Assembly (NCBI GenBank): GCA_951406725.2
Contig: OX597838.1
Location: 21,328,001 to 21,392,000, forward strand
Direction: 5' to 3'
Length of the DNA: 64,000 nt
Source of the DNA: Octopus vulgaris
Taxonomy: Eukaryota
Under the pieces are notes generated by a model. That model did no database searches and was not told where the DNA came from. It worked only from the letters and a program-made list of their open reading frames with translations. A program made the position numbers and the translations under genes. Positions 11,901 to 23,900 of the stretch are shown here, piece after piece (within the stretch, counting starts at the first letter, position 1; every line of letters begins with the position of its first letter).

Positions 11901-14900
11901 TAATCCACGTACTTTGGACTGGAATAACGAAACCACTTCTTCTGATCGGCCTTCTCTATCTTTTCATCTGTTCCTTGAGTTTTCTCAGCAGCGCCTTTCG
12001 CTTGTTGGGAGGTAAGTATGCGACTTGCAATGGACGAAGTTTGCCTGAGTGTAGCTTGAATGGATATAAGGGGAGGTAATTTGAATGGCAAAACCAGAAG
12101 GCTATCCTTAATTTTATTTTTAACTAGCAGTATCGCCCGGCGTTGCTCGGGTTTGTAAGGGAAATAACTATATAAGCATTTTTAGAGAGTTACTTCCCTT
12201 ATAGATGCCAATTCGGGCTTTCTTAGCCATTTCTGTTTTGCTGTCTTCAAGCCATGAAGTCGTTCTAAAAGAACGCTGGTCTCCTTGACAACGCTTTATG
12301 ACGTTGATTTCCTTACACTCCCTTCCCCACAGCTTCACGAGGGAGGGAAGAAGGGGGAGAAGCAAACAAGTGCAGGTGTGACCATGGACGCCAACTCCGC
12401 CGCCATCGACACACGAAAAATTATGCATTAAAATGGAAAAAATGATGTTAAATTATTTTTAAAATCGTAGACTCATCATAGACGCGCGCTAATACTCAGA
12501 CGGGCTCGATATGAATCACGACTATAAGATACCCGAATTTGGTTAAACTGCACCGCAAAATGTGGGAGTAGTTAGGAATCTAAATCGAAGGGGACAGACA
12601 CTCACACAACTACAGCTTTATATATATAGATTTAACACCTTTCGGTCAATCGACTAGTGGATGCACATGGCCTAGTGGTTAAGGCAGCGGATTCGCGGTC
12701 GAGAGACCGCAGGTTCGAATCTCAGGCTGCGCAATGTGTGTGTTTATGACCGAAACACCTAAGCTGTATGCAGCTCCAGCAGAAGGTAATGGCGAACTTC
12801 TGCTCTTTCGCCACAACTTTCTCTCACTCTTTCCTCCTGCATCTTGCAGCTCACTTGCGAGGGACCGGCACCCCGTCCAGGTGGGAAACCTATACGCCAA
12901 GGAAACTGGTCCTTATGAGCCAGGCATGGCTCGAAAAGAAACAAACGGTCAAATGACTCCGTCCATACTGGGGCATTGCACTGAAGTCGTTTGCATCGAC
13001 CTAAGCATTTATTAAACCTGGTATGTCGTTTTGGTCTGTTTGTTGGATAGACAAATTAGAAGACGTACACCACACGTGCATGCACACTTATAATAAAAGA
13101 ATAACCAGTTTATTACAGCTGTGTGTGTTGCATAACATGTGTGTATTATGTGTATAAGAGTGTATAAACTTAATTTAAGGCAGCGAGCTGCCAGGACCGT
13201 TAGCACGCCGGGCGAAATGCTTAGCGGTATTTCGTCTGCTGCTACGTTCTGAGTTCAAATTCCGCCGAGGTCGACTTTACCTTTCATCCTTTCGGGGTCG
13301 ATAAATTAACTACCAGTTACGCACTGGGGTCGATATAATCGACTTAATCCATTTGTCTGTCCTCTCTGTGTGTAGCCCCTTGTGGGTAGTAAAGAAATAG
13401 GTGTTTTGTCTGCCGTTACGTTCTGAGTTCAAATTCCGCCGAGGTCGACTTTGCCTTTCATCCTTTCGGGGTCGATAAATTAAGTACCAGTTACGTACGG
13501 GGATCAATGTAATCGACTTAATCCCTTTGTCTGTCCTTGTTTGTTCCCTCTGTGTTTAGCCCCTTGTAGGCAATAAAGAAATAAGAGTGTATAACAAGAG
13601 TGAGCGCGAGCACTCGTGAGTATGTATAATGCGTGTAATGTATGTGTGTGTGGTGTGTGTGTGTGGCGTGTATGTGTGTAGTGCATATGTGTACATGCGC
13701 ATGTGTATGCGTATAACACATTTGTGAGGGCGTGTATGTTTGTGTGCGCGCATGCTTGTATGCTTGATGTCACTTCTGATTAACTTATCTCTCTCTTCTC
13801 TTCTCAGGTCGTACAGCTGGACAAATATTTCGAGACAGTGAAGTCTTGGCAAACCCAGTTGCAGGGTTGGTGATCGGAGTGCTGGCCACGGTTCTAGTCC
13901 AGAGCAGTTCCACGTCAACATCGATCATAATAACGATGGTCGGAGAAGGACGTAAGTCCATCATTTTAGTAACTTTCTATGGTGTGGCCATTATTGTCCC
14001 CGTTGTTTTAGAGCCCTACATCAACATGAATCAAAAGCATTTAACCTTTTTTTTTTTCATTAAAGGGAAATTGTGCATCTTGGACAACATACTTCTTGTG
14101 ATATATATACATATATATATATATAGGAGGCACAATGGCCCAGTGGTTAGGGCAGGGACTCACGGTTGGAGGATCGGGGTTTCGATTCCCAGACCGGGTG
14201 TTGTGTGTGTTTATTGAGCAAAAACACCTAAAAGCTCCTCGAGGCTCTGGCAAGGGATTGTGGCGACCCCTGTTGTACTCTTTCACCCCAACTTTCTCTC
14301 GTTCTTTCTTCCTGTTTCTTGAGTAACACTGCGATGGACCAGCGTCCCGTCCAGCTGGAGGGGAACACATACGCCAAAGAAACCGGGAAACTGGGCCCAT
14401 GAGCCTGGCTAGGCTTGAAAAGGGCGCATGAATATATATATATATGAATGTGTGTGTGCGTGCGTATGCATGCAAGCTTGTGTGTGTGTATGCCTGTGTG
14501 TTTATATGTTATTGCCGTCATTTAATGTCCATTTTCCATGATGTTATGGGTTGGAATGATTTCACTTGGTCTGATGAGTTCTAGGACTGTAACGGGCCTT
14601 ACTATCGGTTTTGGCATGGTTTTTTACGGGTGGATGCTAACACCAACCACCTTTGACTTTCGGAAACACTTTTTCACGCTGAAGCATGGAATAAACTGCC
14701 TGCGTCAGTTGTTGACTGCCATGACACTGCATCTTTTAAGGCCCTCATGCTTTCCGAAATCCGCCGAAACTACACCTGATTATATATACACTTTAGATGA
14801 GTTGTAGTGCACCTGAGCACTGTACACAATGTTAGCCTCGCCTGGCACCTGTGCAGGTGGCACGTAAAAAGCACCCACTACACTCACGGAGTGGTTGGCT

Positions 14901-17900
14901 TTAGGAAGGGCATCCAGCTGTAGAAACATTGCCAGATAAGACTGGAGCCTGGTGCAGCCTTCTGGCTTCCCAGATCCCCGGTCGAACCGTCCAACCCATG
15001 CTAGCATGGAGAACGGACGTTAAACAATGATGATGATGATGATGATTATTTTAATAGAGTTGACTGTGTGCTTTTTACGTGGTACCAACAACTTCGAGGT
15101 CTGTTTTGACATGGTTTTTATGGTTTTCTCTCTGTCCATCTCTATTTGTATGTATGTATGTATGTATGTATATATGTACGTCCATATTAATTAACCTCTC
15201 TCTCTCTCTCTCTGTATCCTAGTTTTAACAGTCAAACAAGCCATACCCATCATCATGGGCGCAAATATTGGAACATCAGTGACGAACACAATTGTCTCAA
15301 TGGGACAGATCACGGATAAAGACGAATTCCGCCGGGCATTTGCTGGAGCCACGATACATGATATGTTCAACTGGCTGGCAGTCTTAGTTCTACTTCCGAT
15401 TGAGGCCGCATCAGGTCAGCAAATGCATTTGATTTGTTGTTTTTGTTATTGGTAATTTGTTACTTGTTTTTTTCTTTAATCTACTTATCTCAGCCGTTGT
15501 ACGACGGTCAAGCTGGGGCACTGCTTCGAAGGGTTTAATTGAACAGATCTACACTAGTATTTACGCTTAAGCTTTGTATTATTGAACCAATAAGTTACGG
15601 GGACATAAACAAACCAGCACCGACTGTCGAGCGGTGATTGGACACATGCACATCTGCACACATACATGCACATACAGACACGTGCATGCACATTATGTAT
15701 GCGCACATGCACACAAGCATACGTGCACGCACACATTTGCACTCAAATTCGATGACCACATGACTGGCATCCGTGCCAGTGGAGCGCTCAGAGCACCATC
15801 CGAGCATGATCGTTGCCAGGGCTGCTGACTGGCTCCCGTGCCGGTAGCACGTAAAAAGCACCATTCGAGTGTGATCGTTACCAGTGTCGCCTTACTGGCA
15901 CTTGTGCCGGTGGCTCGTACAAAACAACATTCGAGTGAGGTCGTTGTCAGTTCCGCTGGACTGGCTCCTGTGCAGATGGCACGTAAAAAACACCAGCTTC
16001 TCTGAGCTTTCTGCAGCTATGAGTGGTTTTGACTCTCATTTCTAGCAATACTTATTTCTTTATTACCCACAGGGGGCTAAACATAGAGGGGACAAAAAAG
16101 GGCGGACATAGGGATTAAGTTGATTACATCGACCCCAGTGCATAACTGGTACTTAATTTATTGACCACGAAAGGATGAAAGACTAACTCAACCTTGGCGG
16201 AATTTGAACTCAGAACATATAGACAAACAAAATGCCGCTACGCATTTTGCCCGGCGTGCTTATGATTCTGTCAGCTCGCTTCAAATTCCGCCGAGGTCGA
16301 CTATGCCTTTCATCCTTTCAGGGTCGATTAAATAAGTACCAGTTACGCACTGGAGTCGATATAATCGACTTATTCCGTTTGTCTGTCCTTGTTTGTCCTC
16401 TCTGTGTTTAACCCCTTGTGGATAGTAAAGAAACAGGTGTGTACGGACCGACTCGAGAGCTGTGAATCTTTATGGACCTGGATTTTCCTGGGCTGCCGAG
16501 AACGCACCAGACACCGCCCAAGATGTGGCACTCTACAGGCTCCATATCCGTTTCTCCGGACGAGCTGATTCCATGGACACAGTCCTTTACGAATAAGAGA
16601 GAACTCTTCCCGGGGCTCCAGGCAACGTCTCTGGGCTCGCTTGAATTGCCGCTGCTTCGCCCAGCCGCCGGCTTCAACAATGGTTGCACTGCTAGGAGCA
16701 CGCCGCGTTCCTGCCGCCTGATGGGCACTCTCCGAATTAGGGTTCGGGAATATTAACCTGATTTTTCACTTCCAGCAATACTGGTGCTGATTAGTGCCCT
16801 CGGTCTTAAGTGACGTTTATATTTCTACCTTTTGGTTGTGAATTGCGAATAAGCCACATTTACTATTTGTAATTTTCACTTTTTACCATTTATGAAATCA
16901 GTGTGCGATTTCTAAGGTAGTCTTATAAACTGACTAGCAGTATCGCCCGGCGTTGCTCGGGTTTGTAAGGGAAATAACTATAAAGCATTTTTAGAGAGTT
17001 ATAGCCAAAAAATAGCAAAAAAATGGGAAAAAAATTATGGTAAATTTTTTTGAGAGTTAAAAAGGTCGAGTTGCGTCCCCTAGACAGTTTGTGTTTCTGA
17101 TTCTCGACCCCATGTCGAATTTATCGATTTTTTTCAGAACTGGGGGAACTTTTCAAAATTTTTGCTGCGTTAGTTTTGAATTATGACATTGGGCTATGTG
17201 TGTGTCAAGTTTCATCAGAATCGGTTGAAAGCCGTGGTCAGGGTGAGGGTACAACCTAACAGACACACAGACACGCACACAGACAAACTGCCGTTTATAT
17301 AGAGAGAGATAAGATGAGCAAGCTTAACCCTAGGCCGGGTAAGAGCCACTGAGGAGCATTAATCTAATGCGAAATCACTGATCTGGCTAAGCCCTGGAAA
17401 TAAGGAACTTGCCTGACTGGTCAGTCTTAAGATAAGTGCTCTCTGTAGCTATGAATTGTTTTGACTCTCATTTCTAGATGTGAATGTGGATCTGTATTAT
17501 CCCCCCCATTGCTGTTTGGCAGCCAGTGTTAGTCTGTGTCCTTGTAAATTAGCGGTTCGGCCTTACAAAAGACTGATAGAATAAGCACCTGGATTAAAAG
17601 GAAATAAGTAATAGGATTGGTTCATTCAACTGAAACTCCTTCATGGTGGTGCTCCAGCATGGCCATAAGACAATTTCTTTATTTTTCTTTATTTTTTTTT
17701 TAATCATTTTTTTTTTAAAGGATATCTTTACCATTTTACGACGTGGATGACCAAAGGATTGGAATTAACTTCCATGAACGACACCAACCCAGAATTACTG
17801 AAAAAAATCACCAAACCATTTACCAAAGTTATTATTCAGGTAGATTATTTGCTTGCAATTTTTTTCATCTGCAAAGGCATAGGAGTGGCTGTGTGGTAAG

Positions 17901-20900
17901 TAGCTTGCTTAAAAAAAAAAAGACTCCGCCGGTTACGACGACAAGGGTCCCAGCTGATACGATCAACGGAACAGCTTGCTCGTGAAATTAACGTGCAAAT
18001 GGCTGAGCATTCCACAGACACGTGTACCCTTAACGTAGTTCTCGGGGATAATCAGCGTGACACAGAGAGTGACAAGGCTGACCCTTTGAAATACAAGTAC
18101 AACTCATTTTTGCCAGCTGAGTGGACTGGAGCAACGTGAAATAAAGTGTCTTGCTCAAGGACACAACGTGTCGCCGGGAATCAAACTCACAACCTTACGA
18201 TCATGAGCCGAATGCCCTAACCACTAAGCCACGCGCCCTCATGTAGCTTGCTTATGAACCACACGGTTCCAGGTTCAGTCCCACTGCGTGGCACCTTGGG
18301 CAAGTGTCTTCTACTATAGCCCTCGGGCTGATCAAAGCCTTGTGATGGATTTGGTAGATGGAAACTGAAAGAAGCCTGTCATATATATGTATATATATAT
18401 ATGTGTGTGTGTTTGTCCCTCCAACATTGCTTGACAACCAATGCTGGTGTGTTAACGTCCCTGTAACTTAGCAGTTCGGCAAAAAGAGACCGATAGAATA
18501 AGTACTAGGCTTACAAAGAATAAGTCCTGGGGTTGATTTGCTTGACTAAAGGCGGTGCTCCAGCATGGCCTCAGTCAAATGACTGAAACAAGTAAAAGAG
18601 TAATTTTACCTGCATTTTACCTGGCACCATCACCTGAAAAGCTATATACAGATGACTGCGATTTTACTTAGCTTGACGCGTCTTCTCAAGTACACCTAAT
18701 CCCTACTCTCAATCCTTTGTCATTTTCTCAATGAGACTTGGCATGCAAAGATCCTTTCTCGCCACTTTGTCTCAAGTCTTCCTGGGTCTACCCCTTCCGC
18801 AAGATCCTTCCACAGTTAGAGCTCAGCACTTTATTCATCCACCCTCATCCATATATGACCAGAACTCAGTGCAGTCTTCCCTTTTGCACAAAATACCATA
18901 AATCCTCAAGTATAATCCGCATTTTTTACCCCAAATCCCTAGTGCGTACTATATACGAGGTTAAAAATGAAAATTATTTTCTAAGCAATGTCTGAGTCTC
19001 TGTTCGCTGTCCGGCAATGTTTATTCAGACGCATTTTCTGATGTTGGGCGCGAAAATACTTTAAGGTAAGCCTGAAAGCAATGAAGTCATAAAAGAATCA
19101 CCCATAACTTGCAGTAAGCAACATTTATTAAACGTTATTACTATTATTTCTTTATTTTCTGCAAACAAAATGCACAAAAAGCTACATGTTTGCATTATGT
19201 TATATATACAATAATAATAAAGGACGTTACCATATACATTTTTACAAACCAAGGACGTTATATAGACCTCCTTGACTCAAGTTAGAGAAGGGGTGCGTAT
19301 TATACACAAGGTTTAGGTTTTCCAGAGGTACAGCCCCCTAAAAATCCCTTGCGTATTATACTCAAGGGCGGAGTATACTCGAGGATTTACGGTATCTGAT
19401 ACCCCTTGTGCCTAGTTTTCCTCTTAAATCATTTACACTCTGTTGTGTGTACACACTGATATTACCCATCCTGCAAAGTGTCGTTTCTTTCAAGCCTTTG
19501 CAAGCCCTGTTTCACTGCCATGTAGCATAGCTGCATCATCATCATCTTTGTTTAGCATCTGCTTTCCATGCTAGCATGGCTTGGACGGTTCAACTGGGGT
19601 CTGGGAAGCCAGAAGGCTGCACCAGACCCAGTCTGATCTGGCAATGTTTCTACAGCTGGATGCCGCCCTTCCTAATGCCAACCACTCCGTGAGTGTAGTG
19701 GGTGCTTTTTACGTGCCACCGGCACAGGTGCCAGACGAGGCTGGCAAATGGCCATGATCGGATGGTGCTTTTTCCGTGCCACCAGCACGGGGGCCAGACA
19801 AGGTTGGCAACGGCCACAATTGGATGGTGCTTTTTACGTGCCACCGGCACGAGGCCAGTCGGGGCGGTGCTGGCAACGGCCACGTTCGGATGGTTCTCTT
19901 ACGTACCACCGGCACTGGTATCACAGCTGCAATTTCCATTGATGTTAGTCAATAAAATAGAGTGCTGCCAAAATAAAGGATAGATGTAACTAGCAAAGTG
20001 TTTCACCAGAAATTCCTAACCTTTGACTAAAATTACAAACAATAGTTACCCATTTTTTTTTTTTTCTGTTTGTGCACAATTATTGATCGATTTTCCTTTG
20101 ATTATTGATATTGTTGTTGCTGTTGTTTAGCTGAACAAGAAGGCAATAACAGATGAAGCTATCAGGCTGAAAAATGAATCTGCAAGCAGTATGTTGAAAA
20201 TCTGCGAGGATGCAAACAAGACAGTTATAAAATGTGAGTTAAATAATAATCGATTAAATCATCATCATCATCATCATCATCATTTAACGTCTGCTTTCCA
20301 TGCTAGCATGGGTTGGACGATTTGACTGAGGACTGGCGAACCAGATGGCTGCACCAGGCTCCAACCTGATCTGGCAAAGTTTCTACAGCTGGATGCCCTT
20401 CATAACGCCAACCACTCTGAGAGTGTAGTGGGTGCTTTTACGTGCCACCTGCACAAGGGCCAGTTAGATGGTACTGGCAACGGCCACGCTCAAATGGTGC
20501 TTTTTATGTGCCACCTGCACAGGAGCCAGTCCACCTGCACAAGGGCCAGTTAGGTGGTACTGGCAACGGCCACGCTCAAATGGTGCTTTTTATGTGCCAC
20601 CTGCACAGGAGCCAGTCCACCTGCATAAGAGCCAGTTAAGTGGTACTGGCAACGTCATGCTCAAATCGTGCTTTTTATGTGCCACCTGCACAGGAGCCAG
20701 TCCACCTGCACAAGAGCCAGTTAGGTGGTACTGGCAACGGCCACGCTCAAATGGTGCTTTTTATGTGCCACCTGCACAAGAGCCAGTTAGGTGGTACTGG
20801 CAACGGCCACGCTCAAATGGTGCTTTTTATGTGCCACCTGCACAGGAGCCAGTCCAGCAGCACTGGCAACGACCTCGCTCATTAAATAATAATTGATTAA

Positions 20901-23900
20901 ATCATATTAATCTTGCTCCCTTGATCTTGTTGTTTTGCCAATGTTCAAACCTGACTGAAAAAATATTTTATCCTTTAGTCAGGCAGGAAAACAGTGCTCT
21001 ATGACTCATTACACGGCTTTCAAGATTAGCGAGAAGGATGAAGGTAGAAATTTATCCTTATAGGTGCAAGTGTGACTGAGATAAGAAGTATTTTTCCCAG
21101 CTGCATGGTTCATTTCAGTCCCAATGCATGGGACTGAAATTTTTTCTACTATAGCCTCAGGCCAGCCGTGTGAGTGGATTTGGTAGGTGGAAACTTAAAT
21201 AAGCCATCATGTGTGAACATACACACGTGTGTGTGTGTGTGTGGATGTATGTGGAGGCACATGACTTAGTGGTCAGGCTTTTGCACTCATGATCATAAGG
21301 TCGTTGTTTCAATTCCTGGATGGTCGATGCATTAAGTTATTGGGCCAAACATTTCATCTCGCATTACACCAGTCCACTCAGCTGGCAAAAGTTCAGCAAT
21401 GGACCAGTGTCCCATCCTGTGGGGAATATATATGCCACAGAATCTGAGAAATTGGCTTCATGTGTTTGTCCCTAACACATCGCTTGACAACCGGTGTTTG
21501 TTTGTTTACATCTCCGAATTTTAGCAGTTTGGCAAAAGAGGCCGATGTAATAAGTGCCAAACTTAAAAGGTATGTACTGGGGTCAATTTCAATTAAGCAT
21601 GTCAAGATGGTGCTCCAGCATGGCCACAGTCCATCTGACTGAAACATGTATAAAGATAGAAGATAAAACAGAGACCTTGCCCAAGTGCAATGATGAAAGC
21701 CATTCCAACTGTGACCCTCCAGTTTTTTCATGGTGATTTAAGCTTTCCAATTTAAGATGATAGGATGTGAGCTGTGGCATATTTGGTTGGTATTTTTCAT
21801 ATGTACTCTTGGTCCGATGCGTGGCTTTTCACATGGCACCAAAAATGATGACACGTGATCTTGTTAATCACAGACATGTTACCAATACTTGTAACTTCAC
21901 TGCAGGTATCCATGATTCAGAAACTCGGGCCAAAATCATCTATGAGCCCTAGCACCCATAGGGCTGAAGCTTAACTTTGTTGCCGTGGTATATGATTGAG
22001 ATTATCCACGCACGTCACAGGATTAACTTCGCAAAGGTCAGATAGTCATGCTAAATTGGCTCAGAGGTAAAGTGAGCCACCCGAGGTAGCTGAACAAACG
22101 ATCATGTTGAAACACCTTTATTCGTTAATTTTGTGTCTGTTATTGTTGTTTCTCATTGGTGTCTTGTCTCTTGAATTGTCTGACGGTGTGTTTTGTTTTA
22201 TGTGTTGTATTTGTAGCTGATTTGGACAAAAATCAATTCTGGCGTTAGCAAGGTCCGGCACCAGTAAGGTCCAGCACCAGTAAGGTCCGGCGCCAGTAAG
22301 GTCGGGCACCAGTAAGGTCGGGCGCCAGTAAGGTCCAGCGCCAGTAAGGTCCGACGCCAGTAAGGTCCAGCACCAGTAAGGTCGGGCACCAGTAAGGTCC
22401 GGCACCAATAAGATCCAGCGCCAGTAAGGTCCGACGCCAGTAAGATCCAGCGCCAGTAAGGTCGGGCACCAGTAAGGTCGGGCACCAGTAAGGTCTGGCA
22501 CCAGTAAGATCCAGCGCCAGTAAGGTCCAGCGCCAGTAAGGTCGGGCACCAGTAAGGTCCGACGCCAGTAAGGTCGGGCACCAGTAAGGTCCAGCGCCAG
22601 TAAGGTCCAGCGCCAGTAAGGTCCAGCGCCAGTAAGGTCGGGCACCAGTAAGGTCGGGCACCAGTAAGGTCCAACGCCAGTAAGGTCGAGCGCCAGTAAG
22701 GTCCGGCACCAGTAAGGTCGGGCACCAGTAAGGTCGAGCGCCAGTAAGGTCGAGTGCCAGTAAGGTCGGGCGCCAGTAAGGTCGGGCACCAGTAAGGTCG
22801 AGCGCCAGTAAGGTCGGGCCCCAGTAAGGTCGAGCGCCAGTAAGGTCGGGCACCAGTAAGGTCAGGCACCAGTAAGGTCCGATGCCAGTAAGGTCGGGCA
22901 CCAGTAAGGTCCGGTACCAGTAAGGTCGAGCGCCAGTAAGGTCGCGCACCAGTAAGGTCAGGCACCAGTAAGGTTCGGCGCCAGTAAGGTCTGGCACCAG
23001 TATGATCCAGCGCCAGTAAGGTCCAGCGCCAGTAAGGACGGGCACCAGTAAGGTCGGGCACCAGTAAGGTCCAGCGCCAGTATGGTCCAGCGCCAGTAAG
23101 GTCGGGCACCAGTAAGGTCCAACGCCAGTAAGGTCGAGCGCCAGTAAGGTCCGGCACCAGTAAGGTCGAGCGCCAGTAAGGTCGAGTGCCAGTAAGGTCG
23201 AGTGCCAGTAAGGTCGAGCGCCAGTAAGGTCGTGCCCCAGTAAGGTCGCGCACCAGTAAGGTCAGGCACCAATAAGGTCCAGCACCAGTAAGGTCCGATG
23301 CCAGTAAGGTCGGGCACCAGTAAGGTCCGGTACCAGTAAGGTCGAGCGCCAGTAAGGTCGCGCACCAGTAAGGTCAGGCACCAGTAAGGTCCGGCGCCAG
23401 TAAGGTCTGGCACCAGTATGATCCAGCGCCAGTAAGGTCCGACGCCAGTAAGGTCCAATGCCAGTAAGGACGGGCACCAGTAAGGTCGGGCACCAGTAAG
23501 GTCCAGCGCCAGTATGGTCCAGCGCCAGTAAGGTCGGGCACCAGTAAGGTCCAGTGCCAGTAAGGTCCGGCACCAGTAAGGTCCGGCACCAGTAAGGTCC
23601 AGCGCCAGTAAGGTCGGGCACCAGTAAGGTCGGGCACCAGTAAGGTTCAGCGCCAGTAAGGTCCGACGCCAGTAAGGTCCGGCGCCAGTAAGGTCAGGCA
23701 CCAGTAAGGTCCGACGCCAGTAAGGTCGGGCACCAGTAAGGTCCAGCGCCAGTATTGTTGGGTGCCAGTAAGGTCCGACGCCAGTAAGGTCGGGCGCCAG
23801 TAAGGTCGGGCGCCAGTAAGGTCGGGCGCCAGTAAGGTCGGGCGCCAGTAAGGTCCGACGCCAGTAAGGTCCAGCGCCAGTAAGGTCCGACGCCAGTAAG

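Noticed and set aside
16408-16756. GC-rich ORFs of 94-106 aa
   Set aside because: Better explained as a 28S rRNA-derived fragment.
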